From NCBI RefSeq assembly GCF_038025025.1, contig NW_027117340.1, forward strand, positions 2,170,001 to 2,234,000: a stretch of DNA of 64,000 bases, read 5' to 3'. Shown here one piece after another: positions 1-12,177 of this stretch. Every line of letters starts with the position of its first letter. The stretch's first letter is position 1. The stretch is from Phyllosticta citribraziliensis (taxonomy: Eukaryota). The position numbers and the translations under genes are program-made. Under the pieces are notes generated by a model. The model made no database searches and was not told the origin of the DNA. It saw nothing but the letters and a program-made list of their open reading frames with translations.

Positions 1-145
1 CACCCCACAGACCCCTTCCGACCGCTCTTCAAAAGGAAGGTATATTGGTTCCTGGCCGATGTTCAGGCTTTGAAACCCCAACTTTTACTTGTATGTACAA
101 GAAATGATACAGCCCGCTGCGTTACGCGTCAATTCGTCGCAACCC

Positions 146-1393
146 TCAACAACCCGACCACAATCCTGAAAAAGCGTCAGCGCACATCCGGTTCCCGGCT
201 TGGAAATTCTCACCATTGGCATAAAGAGAGTAAGTGTCAGCATTCGCAATGGCCTGTTTTGGACGGAGGGATTTTGTCGTTCGATACCCGTAGCCGATGT
301 CTATCGTACCGGCAACAGAATCCAAATGCGTCATCTCGTGGAGAGTGGTGGTGGCTCTGTCCTGTCCATGGCACTCCTTGGTGAGATCCGGATAGTCAGG
401 GGCATAATATGCAGGGCAGTAAACCTGCAGCCCAGTCGATGGCGAAGTGTACGCCAAGGTCAACCCGTCACAGTACTCGAACCCATCATCGCAGTGGATG
501 CGCGTGTCTCCACCATCAAGCTTGCCGCACTCAGCAGCGACTTTTGCGTACACTCCTGCCACTGCCTTGCGCATCTCCGGGGACGGGTCTTTGAAATACT
601 TGGCAAATGTTTTGGGGTCTCCCATTGAGGCTGCCTGCTGAGCGCCCTGAGACAACTTGGCACAAGCGTCCAATGCTCTCAAGACAGTATCCTTTTGGGG
701 TCCAGGGGGGCAGCTCTCGAGTACCGATCGTTTCTTGAGCTTCTGGACTTTGCCGTGGAACTCATCTCGCTTTTGTCTAGCGCGATGGGGATCGACGCTG
801 ATGCGTATTACGTTGCTCTCGTACGGGACCGCTCCAGAAAGTTCAAAGGAATCACCTTCTGCGTAAGATATTACGCCGCGGGAAAGCACGTCGTACTCCT
901 TCCCATGTAAAGCATACATCTCGGCAACGTCAAAGGTAACTTCATGACTCTGACCAGGAGGTAGGTTCAGAAAAGATGAAGGACCCAATCCGGTAATAAC
1001 CGGCCGCAGACGCACACCTTCAAATGGGACTTGCGCATCTACACCGCATTAGCTCTTATCCTGTTTCGACAAGCGAATGCTTCCGATTGGTCGTTTTTTG
1101 TTGTTCAAACATACCAGCGGAGTGCAGCTCGGCTTTCTGAACCGCGGCGTTATCCAGAAAATTGCCCTGTACCCCTTTCAGTAAGCACGTGTACCTTGAC
1201 ATGGTGTTCCTCGCTCTACCTTCTTGAACAAGTTCAGACTGTCAGGTCCGTTGTTTGTCACAGTGGCCTTTATCTCGGTGTGGTTTGCCAATTCGAGAAT
1301 AACGCTGAGGTGGGAGTCTCTGTTGACGCTAATGACTGCACAGCTGGCTAGTGATGCCAGGGTGGCGGGTGCAAAACACTTGAATAACCTCAT
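146..1393 (-). CDS. Secreted deuterolysin-type (M35) zinc metalloprotease, prepro form, multi-exon
   Basis: ATG 1393 gives signal peptide MRLFKCFAPATLASLASC. Then prodomain, KKR processing site, HEMTH zinc motif, IDIGYG and NADTY motifs. Three GT-AG introns; the last is 166-213. Confidence 0.92.
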
Positions 1394-3670
1394 ATGTACT
1401 GATGAAGGAATGTCTTTTACAAACGAGGGACTGGTAAGGATCGACAATGACTTGGAGTTGGACCGAGCGCAAGTTTTTGAAGCACATCAGAAGCAAAGTG
1501 TTCTTATAACAGTCTAGAAGTGCCAGCCGCACTCTGTCACATTCTAGATTGTTGCTCTAGGCATGTTGTAACATATACTTGGCAATGGGCCAGCCACAAA
1601 GACAGGCCGCAGCAGTAGCGGACTGATCGTCAAGGTCTTGAAGCATTCGGCTGCTTGGATTCGTGGAGAGCAGGGAGGTTCGATCTGGCCTGCCTTCTCC
1701 AGCTGAATACTGATGACGATGAGAACGCCAACAACCAGCGAGAAAGAGAACACGAACTCGTCGATTCGTTGGGTCGCCAAAAAGCCAAGTCAGACAAGCC
1801 ATGTTGGGTCCTATTCGAAGTAGGCATGTCAGGACCAAAAGACGACCAGTCATTACTTACCCAAGCGTGAAGAGTGACATCAAACCGCCTCATCACGCCC
1901 GCATCCATGGTGAGACACTGGGCCGCCACCAGCTGGACTCACGCCGTTCAAACATTCTGCGTGAGAAGAGCACGACACTGTCATTACACAGTGGGTATTG
2001 TGAAGACGTAGAGTTGCGTGGACACGGAGGGATTCACAAAATTTTCGCAAAGATGTTTGGTCGAAAAACACATCTCCTCAATTGGCGCAGCATGTGAACA
2101 CTTGGCTTTTCGAAGCAGAGGTCATGCAATTTCCTCCATCACGAGAGACGAGTTGTGCAGATGCTGTTCTCGGCGGAGACCTGACTGTCTGCCAATGCAA
2201 ATAGAGGACTCGGGCTGAGTGCTATATACAAGCACTATGTTTGCAGGATATATCGCTACTTGGTGTATAGATGCCCGTGCCACATGGTCTCAGTGGGACG
2301 GTGGCTTGTGGGGAATGGAAAGTGAGTAAGGATAGAGCCTGTAGTTGGAGAAGCTTGGCCTACAGGGCTGCTGTAACCCTTTGCACATCATTCATGCCAC
2401 GTTCATCACGTCCCCGCATCGGGGCCTCTCCTGATTCAATCCTCGGCTCTCAAACCAGTAGATCATCCGAACAGGCAAACATGGCGTCGATTCGCCTGTC
2501 AAGGCGTCAGGGTACTCCCGAACCTTGACAGAAAAATGACCCTGTCACAACATTGTTCAATCACCCCCGTGGCCGACCGAATACCTCGGAATCTCGCTCC
2601 ACTTTCTTCCCAATCGCCCACGACGTACGCAAGCGCAATCCAGAAACTTCGACTCAAACATTGCGCTTCATTCCGCAAGGGTCTTGGAGTGGCACGCAGG
2701 TGAATCGACCTGCTGTGCTTTCCGCGGGTTCCCGGTCAACCTCGTCGGCCGCGGGAGTCGTGTTTCAAGCAAATCGCCGCTCATTTCTTCATGATTTCTC
2801 GGCGACAAGCAACCTCTCTATCCGCATCCTGCCCCTCGTCCTGCGCGTTCCCGTTCCATGCCTCGTCTCGCCCCATCTCGCCAATCCAGGCATGTCGTTG
2901 CCGCAAGTGGAAAATTAGCCCCGGTTCTGGATCACCTTTGGGGCGCCAATGCTCTCGACGCCGGAGAAGGTCCAACAGTTGCTGCTCAGCTACGGTACGC
3001 CTTCGACTGGTGTTGATTAGTTGGAATTAGTCCACCGATGCACACATTCCTGGAGTGAGCATCATGACGTCTGGTGATGCTAGTGCCCTGCTCATTTCTT
3101 GCCGTCCGTTCCCCCCTTCTCTCCTCCACGGCTCGACTGGGCGCCCAGACGCTTCACTGCTTCTGAAATTTAGTTGCCTGTTTCTCCCAACGGCTGTCAC
3201 AGAGTGTCGGGCGACTTAGTTCAGGAACGTCGGCAGCTATCTTTTGGCCTTTTCCTGATCCAGCAACCACCATCCCACAGTCCCACAGCCGCGCGACGTC
3301 ATCTTGCAACACCATTCCACTGACGGCGCATCTTGGCTCGACAAAACCCAAAGACAATGCCCTGTTTGCGGTCGCTGGCGAAAAAATCATAGGACGAGTA
3401 AGTCATTGGATTGTTTACTGTCCACGTTCACTTTTCCGTCTTGCGCATCCCAAAATGGCTAACCTTATTGTCAGCACTACCGCCGAACATCCTTTTCGAG
3501 GGAAGCTTCGCCAAAGTTAAGAGCCGCAGCCGGCGGCCGAGTCGGTACCTCGCGCTATCGCGCTGCGCTGTCTCACGACCCGCGTGCTTCACTTCCCCTC
3601 CTTCTGATTCTCTCTTGACCTGCAACTCCATCTCTCGCTCGCCGGTCGCTCTGCTCCCGTTGTCGTCACC

Positions 3671-5044
3671 ATGGGAGTCTACCGACAGCGCCCACTTCTT
3701 ACGGCGCTGGTCGTCATCTTTCTTATTACCACTTTCACGTACTACACGGGGTATTCGATCCAGCCGGCTGACACATTGGAACCCATTGAACGCCCGAAGG
3801 TGCCAGTAACAACGTCCGACCTCGCCGTCACTCTCCACCAGGTGCACAAAGACCCGCCCACGATACAAGTTATTGTCGAAAACAAACATCCCTATTCTTT
3901 CATAACCATATTACTATGGGACTCACCGCTCGACTTTCTGGCTTTGCCAATTGGTCTTTTTGAAATCAAGCCGGAGGGCTCGGACAAGCCCATCTCGATG
4001 AACAAAACCGATATCAAGCGCAAATATCCGCCTCATTGGGACCTGTTGCTGGCATTGCGTCCTGGCGATCGTCGCGCACAGGATATTGTCTTGGAACCCC
4101 CGCTTGTGCCATTGGGGGAGCTGCGGGAGAGGGGCAAAACGGCAAAGGTGACGATGAAAGGCCGGTGGAGAGCTGTGTGGAAAGGTGACCTCGACGATGT
4201 AACTGAAGAGTCGTTGAGAAGCATAGAGGTCAACCGAGGGGGTATGATGGGCAGGTTTGAGAGCGACGAGCTCGAGATTGACCTGTGGGAGACGGAGATT
4301 AAAGAGAAGCCGGCGGAAGAAGACTGGCGGGAGGGGTATTATCCAGAAGGCCCTCCTCCAGAACAACCTCCCCCCGATGAACCCTCGCCAGACGAGCCTC
4401 CACCAGAAGGACCTCCGCCCGAGGAAGGTAGACTGGAAGGGGAGCTGCCGCCCGAGGATGAGAGGCCCGACGAAGAACGTCCCGTGGAAGAACGGCCACC
4501 TGAGGAAAACGAGGAGGACCATGAGGAAATCGGCAAAGTGCACAATGAACCGGAACACAACGAGAAAGACGAGAAAGACGACAAGGATGACAAGGAGGTC
4601 AAGGAAGAAGGTAAGAAGGAGGACGAGAAAAAGGACAAGGATGAGAAGGGCGACCAGGAGGATAAGGAATCCAAACAAGACGAGAGTGACGAGAAAGATA
4701 AGGACGACAAGAAAGATGAGGACGACAAAACATCGGACAAGGATAGCAAGAAGGAGGATGATGATCAGAAGCCTACGGACGAGAAGAAGAAAGAAAAGGA
4801 CGACAGCAAGAAGAACAAGGACGGGGAAAAGGACAAGGACGAGAAGAAGAACAAGGAAGAGGAGAAGGAAAAGGACGGAAGTAAGAAGGGCAAGGACGAG
4901 AAAAAGGATGACAAAAAGGACGACCTGAAAGCCGACAAGAAGAAACCCCCTCCCGAACCAGGTCGCGATGATGAGCACCCCGACAAAGACTCACACGACG
5001 ACGAGTCGCGAAAAGAAGACGACGCGAAGCGCATCATAGGATAA
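3671..5044 (+). CDS. Hypothetical membrane-anchored or secreted protein: N-terminal hydrophobic helix, M35-prodomain-like domain, Pro/Glu repeats and a D/E/K-rich tail
   Basis: Uninterrupted 457-aa ORF with anchor LLTALVVIFLITTF, a globular region at about aa 50-205 and a low-complexity C-terminus. Confidence 0.8.
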   Translation: MGVYRQRPLLTALVVIFLITTFTYYTGYSIQPADTLEPIERPKVPVTTSDLAVTLHQVHKDPPTIQVIVENKHPYSFITILLWDSPLDFLALPIGLFEIKPEGSDKPISMNKTDIKRKYPPHWDLLLALRPGDRRAQDIVLEPPLVPLGELRERGKTAKVTMKGRWRAVWKGDLDDVTEESLRSIEVNRGGMMGRFESDELEIDLWETEIKEKPAEEDWREGYYPEGPPPEQPPPDEPSPDEPPPEGPPPEEGRLEGELPPEDERPDEERPVEERPPEENEEDHEEIGKVHNEPEHNEKDEKDDKDDKEVKEEGKKEDEKKDKDEKGDQEDKESKQDESDEKDKDDKKDEDDKTSDKDSKKEDDDQKPTDEKKKEKDDSKKNKDGEKDKDEKKNKEEEKEKDGSKKGKDEKKDDKKDDLKADKKKPPPEPGRDDEHPDKDSHDDESRKEDDAKRIIG

Positions 5045-5607
5045 TCGAACCATCCCGTATATACCCGCTGCTCTTAACTGCATCACCGCTGCGGATAATC
5101 GCATGCAGCAACCGCAGCAGTCAGTGCAAGTCGTGGAAGGCGCATTTGGCATGGAGTTGCGGTTTCCGAAATGCTTCCATACTATACCTAGTGTTTTTGT
5201 TGTAGATAGACCTTGCTTTTGGGTGCTTGGTTGCTGCTATTTCTTGTTAGATAGTTCGAGCAAGCCACTTTCAAATCGTCTCTTTTGCCTTCAGCGCCTC
5301 GCCGTGTTTTGTGCGCGTTGCTCGCTCAACAGCGTCGGCCCTATACCCCAACGCATGCTTGCCGTTGGATTCCTTCGCCACGCCCTTCATCATGCTAGCA
5401 AACAGAAGCTCATTGTTCAAAGTGTTGCTCGCCGAATAACGGTCAGGATCCCACGCAAACAAACAAAAATTGAAAAAATTTCGGTCCACTCACCTTCCCC
5501 CATCTCCACACCTCTACACCGCCACACTATTCCCCCTTGCCCCACAGCAAATTTGACCACCGAAAGAACAAAAAAGAAATCTTCCAGACGAACTGGAAGC
5601 GCTGATA

Positions 5608-5705
5608 CGACACAGACAGGACTCGAACCTGTGCGGCCGAAGCCATTAGATCACACCGAAACGAAGAATTCGAGTCTAACCCATTAACCACTCTGGCACT
5701 GTGCC
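5608..5705 (-). tRNA. tRNA-Ser(CGA) with about 17-nt intron
   Basis: Acceptor stem GGCACAG/CTGTGTC+G, D-loop AGTGGTTAA, anticodon arm TTAGA-CTCGAA[intron]A-TCTAA, long variable arm, GGTTCGAGTCC T-arm, T-tract downstream. Confidence 0.93.
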
Positions 5706-6307
5706 CATTCTGCCAAGATAGAGTTGATAATGTGTTTATGTTCTGTGACAGATTGAACAGAGAACGAGGATGGATTGCACGGCGTTCGGCACTCGAGCAA
5801 ATGCGAGGCTTTTGGATCAAAAATGGCGTGCATTGTGGATGCAGGACAGGGGATACGAGGCGAAAAAAAGGGACCTTGTACAACGCCAGTGATGGCAGCA
5901 AAGGCGGTCTGAAGAGGCAAATGAATGGGGAATGCGAAGCGAATGGACGACTAAACACGCGCCATTACTCGGCCCCTTGGCTTGGAACAACACGAAGATG
6001 ATGGGTGCAACTGCGATAAACCTGAAGCTCGCTTGGAAATTCGATATGGTTGAAGAGAAGGCCCTGATATCAACGGAGGCGCCGGCGAGGTTTTGGTCGC
6101 CAGAGCAGGGGAGGGTTGGGGCGGGCCACTCACTTTCCGATCTAACACAACGCTAACGCAAGCGCCAAAAAGTCACCCTGAGAACCGGCAGAGAAGTCTC
6201 GCCCCACCCACCCAACGCCCCTCGGTGCCACATTCACTAACATCACCACGGACCTCCAGACTGTAAAAAGAGCAAAAGGAAATCCCCGCACGTGTAACAC
6301 GTGTCTT

Positions 6308-6388
6308 CGACGCGAGCAGGACTCGAACCTGCGCTCCCGAAGGAAATAGATTTCTAGTCTATCGCTATAACCACTCAGCCATCGCGCC
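6308..6388 (-). tRNA. tRNA-Ser(AGA), intronless
   Basis: Acceptor stem GGCGCGA/TCGCGTC+G, anticodon arm ATAGA-CTAGAAA-TCTAT, long variable arm, GGTTCGAGTCC. Confidence 0.95.
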
Positions 6389-7013
6389 ATGTTGAAATAG
6401 ACGGCAGCTTTTGCAAAATATAATGCTACCCTTCAGCCGGGGAACAACCTCTGAGGAGGCAGGAACTCGATCGTGTTGTTGACTGCTATCATTTTCAAAC
6501 TTCCAAACAAGTGATCGCAGAACAGACACCGCTTTTTATGATTACAAGGGGTAAGGCAAGGGGCAAGGAGCTCCGATCGTGTTTGGGAATGATTCGGACT
6601 TTTGAAAGAGTTGAGAACCCCCGGGAAGAAAACAAGGGGAAGAAAGCTGGTAGGTCGAGGCTGTCAGGGCAAAACAACTTCGGTAAGCAGAAGGGAACAA
6701 TCCACCTGTCATATGGAGCGCAGTGACTCAAATGAGTGGCCGTGGAGGGCTTGACGGACGTCGAGGGGCCACTTGTGAACTCGATATTGATGGTCGGGAA
6801 CCCTTCGATGCGAGACCCAGTAAAATAGTCGGGAGTTGACAAAATCTCGTGGAGCATGAGCTGGACTCAGGGCCTATCCCCGAACACTGATTGGAGCTGC
6901 AAAAGCTTGGTTGATGTGAACTGTTCTTCAATTAACTTCTCAAAGAGACCGTCAGTTGCCAGCATACATGGCCGTCTGATGATGGCGCCCTTGTTTCAAC
7001 GAGCACACTTGTC

Positions 7014-8191
7014 TCATCCATACGTCTCCTTCAGCCTCTTCTCCAAGTACTCTCCACTCTTGACGGGCGGGTATTTCCTCTCCGACAAATTTTTGTATGT
7101 GTTCGGAATGGTTTCAATGACCTTATCAAAGTCTGGGTTGCAAAAGTAGGCAATGCTGTACCTCGCAGGATATTTTTCGAGGTCTTCTTGCCCTGGCTGT
7201 AGCGGAGGCTCGACAACGCGGTGTTTGGTGCTCTGGATGGTGTCGTTGGACCAGCGGGCAAGCAGGTCACCGGCATTGACAACGACTGTTCCAGGAATCG
7301 GCTTCGCATCCACGTAGGTACCTTCGGGAGAGAGGACTTGAAGACCGCCGCGTGAATCCTGAAAAAGGAGTGTTAAGGACCCGTAATCTGAATGCTCCCC
7401 AGCGCGAACTTGCAACTGTCCGTCTTCTCTTTGGAAAATGCTTTTGTCGACTTCAGGGTAGTGCAGCAGCCTGAGCGTATTGTCGCCTTTGCCAACGTAC
7501 TCGTCGAACCAGTCCGCATTCAGACCGAGTCCGAGGGCAACCGCCTTCATGATGTCTTGGTGCAGTAGTGCGCACGCATTCCAGAAATCCTTCATCGTGC
7601 TTTTGAACAATTTGCCCTCGTCGTCAATCGCGTCTGGCCACATGTTCGGACAGTCCGGCTCGTCGTCGCGTCCAATTTCCATGCTCTCCTTGAGGTCGGG
7701 CACAGCCTTCCGCAACGCATCCACGTCGCCGGCAAAATCAGCCCGGGTGACTTTTTCGCGTCCATGGGCAACGTAACCGCGATTGGCCTTTGCGCTATAC
7801 CAGGCCAGGGTATCTTTTTGGTCTTGTGGCCGTGCGAAAAACTGGGCGCTTCCAGTGAAAGCAGTCTGAACTGCCCATGGCGGGATTGGGATATTCTTAA
7901 AATAGATAAAGCCTGCCCCTTGGAAGCCGTTCACAATCCTTCTACCAGTCTCAAGGCGCTGCAGATCATCACCACTGTGGAAAACTTCAAAATCGATGAG
8001 CTGTTGCAGACTCAAAGGTTAGCTATGGAGCCAATGGGAACCAAGGGTCTTGACTCGCGGCAGGTGGATCGTACAGGAATGTTGAGGCCGTCCTTTTCGA
8101 CGGCAAATGCCCCAGAGTCCGCAGCGACTGTAGATTCACCATTGCGGCCAAGGAACGCCTGATCTCGAGGTTTATAGTAAGGAGAGTCCAT
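7014..8191 (-). CDS. Thymine dioxygenase (thymine-7-hydroxylase), 2OG-Fe(II) oxygenase; exons 8191-8075 and 8000-7014
   Basis: Spliced N-terminus AVEKDGLNIP|LIDF resembles fungal T7H. ANRGY, LRLLHYP, HSDYG (HxD), TKHRV and RYSIAYF motifs. Lies next to an IDCase gene. Confidence 0.88.
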
Positions 8192-8575
8192 TTTGAGGTT
8201 GGAGGATTGCTCTGGAGTGGGCGTAGACTGCTGGAGATCAATTCTGGGGCTGAGAGGACGGAATATGCGGGACGAATCGAGAAGCTAAAGGCGAGTGGTG
8301 ATCCTTGGACGTGCAGTCATAGCTGATGTTGGACTGGAACATTTAAGCACGCGATGCAGAGGCGTGGCTTGCCCCGCTCTTGTGATAGTTACAGCGGAAA
8401 AGGGCAGGTACAAAACAGGAAATGGGGTGATAACGCCGCGGGGGAGCTTATCTAGCGGGGAACACGGGATCCTCAGGCACCGTCGGCCAACAGGCGGTCC
8501 TCCGCGATATCCCTTTCTCCAGATATCGATTGCGGGTGTGCCCAGGATAACGGCCGCACTGCACGGGACCCGACA

Positions 8576-8591
8576 GTCGGTGGGTTCCGAC
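8576..8591. promoter_or_regulatory. Zn2Cys6 palindromic site TCGG-N6-CCGA (Ppr1/UaY type) in the bidirectional promoter
   Basis: GTCGG-TGGGTT-CCGAC between the divergent T7H and IDCase genes. HGATAR boxes at 8383, 8428 and 8448 (reverse). Confidence 0.55.
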
Positions 8592-8761
8592 GCAACTGTC
8601 GCTGTTGTTGCGGACCCCAGACCCTTTTGACCTGTCTGCATGGTTAGGTAATAGAGTCGTGTCTTTAAACGAACCTCAAGCAACTCTGTCTCAATATCTC
8701 AGGAAGTCGCGTACGGCAACACCATCTCGACATCTTCTTGTTGAGCTTCAATACCGCGAAA

Positions 8762-9903
8762 ATGCCGACCGTCGACGTGCACACTCACGTGTACCCGCCC
8801 TCGTACATGTCCCTCCTGCGGACTCGCACCACCGTCCCTTATGTCCGCAATTTTCCAGACGCCCCTCAGAATGCCCGTCTGATCATTCTGCCTGGCGAAG
8901 ATGCCCCGGACAAGCCAAGCACAGCACGCGGTCGCCCCATCGGACCCGAGTACTTTGACATCAAAGAGAAACTCAAGTTCATGGACGCCCATGGCATAGA
9001 AAAATCCGTCATCTCGCTCGCCAACCCGTGGCTTGACTTTCTTCCACCGGACGAGGCGGGTGCAGCTGCATGCAGTATCAACGACGAAGTGGACGCCATC
9101 TGCGGCCAGTATCCGGGCCGGCTGTACGCTTTTGGGACGCTCCCGTTGAGTGCGCCTGCGGAGACGGTGGTTGAAGAAGTGAAGAGACTCAAGACCTTGA
9201 AGTTCATGCGCGGAATCATCATGGGAACTTCAGGGCTGGGCAAGGGTTTGGATGATCCGGCGCTGGACCCAATTTATGCGGCACTGGAGGAGCAAAAACT
9301 GCTGATTTTTCTGCACCCACATTACGGATTGCCGTCAGATGTGTACGGACCGCGGGCCGGAGATTATGGCCATGTTCTGCCTCTTTCTCTGGGATTCCCA
9401 TTGGAGACCACTATCGCGGTCACAAGAATGCTCCTCAGTGGCGTGTGGGAGCGTTTCAAAGAGCTGGACATCTTGATAGCGCATTCAGGCGGCACGCTCC
9501 CATTCTTGGCTGGCAGAATCGAAAGCTGCATCAACCATGATGGCCACTTGAAGAAAGAGGGCAGACTCGAGAAAATGAGGAATGTGTGGGATGTGCTGAA
9601 GAAAAATATTTACCTCGATGCGGTGATTTATTCAGAGGTGGGACTCAAGGCGGCTGTCGAGGCGAGCGGCGCAGACAGACTCATGTTCGGTAAGTCTCGA
9701 TGGCGAAAATGATACTTGAAAATCGAGTGCTAATGATGACAGGAACCGATCACCCATTCTTTCCACCCTTGGATGAAGACGAAACTGAATGGCTGAGCGT
9801 CAAGACGAATTATGCAGCAATCAAGTCGGCGTTTGGTGGGGATGAGGCAGCCGCAAAAGCTGTGCTGGGGGGTAACGCAGTACGGATCCTGAAGCTAGAC
9901 TGA
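8762..9903 (+). CDS. Iso-orotate (uracil-5-carboxylate) decarboxylase, amidohydrolase superfamily
   Basis: VDVHTHVYP, ISLANPWLDF, FLHPHYG, AHSGGTLPFL and, after one intron near 9690-9742, MFGTDHPFF. Confidence 0.9.
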
Positions 9904-10095
9904 GAGAATGTCGGGGGGCGTGGACGGCATTACTTGTAGGACTAGGCCAGCAAATGAAGCAAAAGTGGTGTACATCCGGGCATGTAGCGAGTACGGAGTT
10001 GCGCGTTCGGACCAAGCAAAACAATTTCAAACCCTGTGGATCGCAAGCGATCAAGCAAGAAAGCGACGAACCAGCTCACGTCGGAAGCCAGGAGA

Positions 10096-11822
10096 CTAAG
10101 AGCCCTCGACAGCTTGCTGGAGTACGTCCCAGCCCAAAACATTCCACAGTTCTTCTTCAAACCAGCTCTTGATATCCTTCGGCTCCACTTTTGGAATTTG
10201 CGGTGCAGACACTGGCTGAGTAGGCATGCGCAAACAATCCATGAATTCATCATTATCCGCGCTGTCCTCGAAGACGGCGTTGAAGAGGGTCTGCTGCAGC
10301 CGCTTTCTTGCAATAAGCCCAAGTCCAGCTCGAAGCGACGATGTCGTGGCTTTCAATGGGATCTTGCGAGTTGCACCGGTTGCTGTGCGTTGCCTCTTTG
10401 GCTTTGCTGATGTCGACGCAGGTTCCTCTTGAACCAGGTATTTCGGTGCAACGGCGACTGCGCGTCGGAAGAGAAGGATCAAATACTGAAGCTCGAGGCT
10501 CAAGACCCGGTCGTCTATCGAGCCGGCCGTAGGCTCATTGCTCTCTGGGTGGTTCCAAGCGTGGATGTCTCCTTCGACGGTTCCGGTCGAAACGTGGCCA
10601 AAGCTGCACTGGAAAACGCGCTTACCACACCGCTGGAGAATTACGAAGAGAAACCCTTCAAACACCTGGCGGTGGAGGAGGTCGGTAGGTGATGGCGCGG
10701 CAAGGCAGCTGAAGAGGAACTTGAAAAGTTCATGGGCCACGTCGAGCTCATCCTGAGGCTTCTTCATCTTTTGGCCCCGGCGAGCCTGGCCGCTTCCTGC
10801 ATCTGACAGGCCTGAGCCAGCCTGAGACCGCGCCGTCTCTCTCATATCGTCCAAAATTCCCGAGAACCCCGTGACGATGCCAAATATGACGCCGGACGTA
10901 GCCTCTTTGGCCGCTGGATCGTCTCCAGCCAGCTTGTTGAGCAACCGCAGGATCCCGGTGAATGAACGGGTGGCAACATCAAACGCTGTCTTCAACTCGG
11001 TCTGGTATGCACTCATCACCGGCTCTGGGATGACTGCGTTTTGTTCTGCGGCGGCCAGGAAACCTTTCGACGCGATGCGCTGCTCGTACCTTCGGCGAGC
11101 ACCAACGACAACGGTCGTCAACGATTTTGAAGCGTGAACTAGATGATACGATAAATCGCTATGCCTAACATCAGCCTCGTGACAGAGCTTGTGAGCTTTG
11201 TACAAATGTCGCGCCAGCGCTAGTCCCTCTATTGCAACATTAGCGGTGCTCCATGTCGAGGATGCCAGGAGCATTCAATGCCGGGAGCATTCACCTTTTC
11301 CAGAGTCTTCTAGCGCATCAATATCGGCCACGGTGCTGTCGTTGATTTCGCCGGGACCCTGCTTGCGTTTGGAGCGGCTTGATGCAGAATCTGCAGCTCC
11401 TTTGGCAGTCTTTTTCCGAGAAGGTTCCGCATGAGACCCTTCCTCTCCACGCTCAGCCGCAACCTTCATCTTGTCAAGGGCCCTCTCGAGATCCATGATT
11501 TGGGCCTGCAAAGAGGCCTGTGTCTCTTCCGCTCGTTCGCATCGTTTGTGCCAGAAGGTGGCCGCATCGAAGCGTTGCTGGCTGGCGCGCTGATTGCGAG
11601 GATCTGTCCGAGGTGTGAAGCTCTCGCGGAGACGGAGGATATAGTCTGCAGTGGTGAGGATGTGAGTCAGGTGCCAGCAAAAATGACGTTGGGAACGTCA
11701 CCTTCAACAGAGAGCTCATCTGGTTTGCTCTTGATTATTGCGATAGCAAAGGCAAGGTGAAGTGGATGTGGCGCCGAATTCGCTTTGGGCTTGGCCTGAG
11801 ACGATTGGATTTGACGGTTCAT
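10096..11822 (-). CDS. Fungal hypothetical protein, three predicted exons, N-terminal coiled coil
   Basis: GT-AG introns join AIAIIKSKPDELSVE|DYILRLR..FWHKRCE..LQAQIMDLE to the 392-aa ORF ending ELWNVLGWDVL. Confidence 0.7.
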
Positions 11823-12177
11823 GGTGAGGTGGTGCTGAGGTTTGGTCAGGGTCCGAGGGTCAAAGGCGCTGAGATTGTCCACGTCTCTACGCCATGGCAG
11901 CATGTCGCTGGCTCTAGACTACCAACAAGCGCTAGAAAAATCCGTAGATTCGAAGAATCTTTAATTGCGCTGAAAACCTTGCTCTTTTTAATGCACCATG
12001 AGGTGCTTTGCAAAAACTCGTTCTCTTCTCGACACCAAAAGAGTTACAAAGACATGGCATGATCTCGTTCAACTCCTCTCTGCCTTTCTGCGGAGACCAG
12101 AACTTCCACAACCGGCGGCATTCCTCTTGAAACAAAGACCTAAAGTAATACATTCGTCTGTGAATTCGTCTTTACTT

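Noticed and set aside
3923..4978. 351-aa hydrophobic antisense ORF
   Set aside because: It is the mirror of the D/E/K low-complexity coding strand and not an independent gene.
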